64,000 nucleotides of DNA from Chloroflexota bacterium (GTDB lineage: Bacteria; Chloroflexota; Dehalococcoidia; UBA2979), in NCBI GenBank assembly GCA_947479915.1, contig CANKAU010000010.1, forward strand, positions 2,033 through 66,032. Direction: 5' to 3'. The position numbers and the translations under genes are program-made. The notes below the pieces were generated by a model. The model had not been told where the DNA came from. It saw nothing but the letters and a program-made list of their open reading frames with translations, and did not search any database. Shown here one piece after another: positions 63,780 through 64,000 of this stretch. Position 1 is the first letter of the stretch. Each line of letters starts with the position of its first letter.

Positions 63780-64000
63780 AGCTACTCGTCTGCTGGCAGA
63801 ACCTCGACCTGGCGGTGGTCGCCGGAGCCCACGCTCTCGGTGCGCACGCCCGGCTCCTGCTCCAGCGCGAGGTGGACGATGCGCCGCTCGGAGGCGGGCA
63901 TCGGCTCCAGGGTGATCACGTCGCCGGTCTCACGGACCTCCTGCGCGATCTCGTGCGCCAGGTCGACCAGCGTCTGCTCGCGGCGGCGGCGGTAGCCCTC
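63780..64000 (-). CDS. jag: R3H-domain RNA-binding protein Jag/KhpB, C-terminal part (5' end beyond window)
   Basis: ETGDVITLEPMPASERRIVHLALEQEPGVRTESVGSGDHRQVEVLP is the R3H domain. Confidence 0.7.

Overview
High-GC (about 70%) bacterial chromosomal segment, almost entirely housekeeping genes. The split transketolase, archaeal-type FBP aldolase/phosphatase, CIRCE-regulated groESL and a T-box ileS leader suggest a Chloroflexi/Actinobacteria-like terrabacterium. Genes in order: partial rpoB (minus strand), a secreted TIM-barrel hydrolase-like protein, hup, glycerate kinase, split transketolase, proBA, yihY, ileS, murJ, rpsT, rimO, DUF503 and scpB, thpR, fabF, folC, fbp, rdgB, rsmJ, moaAC, tsaD, groESL, two MBL hydrolases, an M16 peptidase, mutY-like, lysA, holB, ricT/PSP1, rhodanese, and a non-canonical jag-pfkB-parA-parB-ridA-dinB cluster at the end. 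I saw no rRNA, tRNA, CRISPR or transposase genes. The most interesting spot is a low-GC single-gene insertion at 53619-54716 (hand-counted 53% GC in a 100-nt sample versus 69% in the flank). It encodes a DUF4062-like N-terminal domain fused to an uncharacterised C-terminal domain and is translationally coupled (ATGAGTGA overlap) to a 79-aa ORF, lying between a mutY-like gene and lysA. This looks like a candidate horizontally acquired conflict/defence or signalling module. Other notable items are a pair of GAAC-N4-GTTC (Cheo/SOS-like) boxes in front of a 58-aa zinc-ribbon ORF, two families of short dispersed palindromic repeats at gene 3' ends, a ParA C-terminal extension built from four 30-bp tandem repeats, and an orphan 46-aa ORF with a palindromic operator and its own terminator. 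Many long antisense ORFs in the six-frame track are high-GC artefacts.
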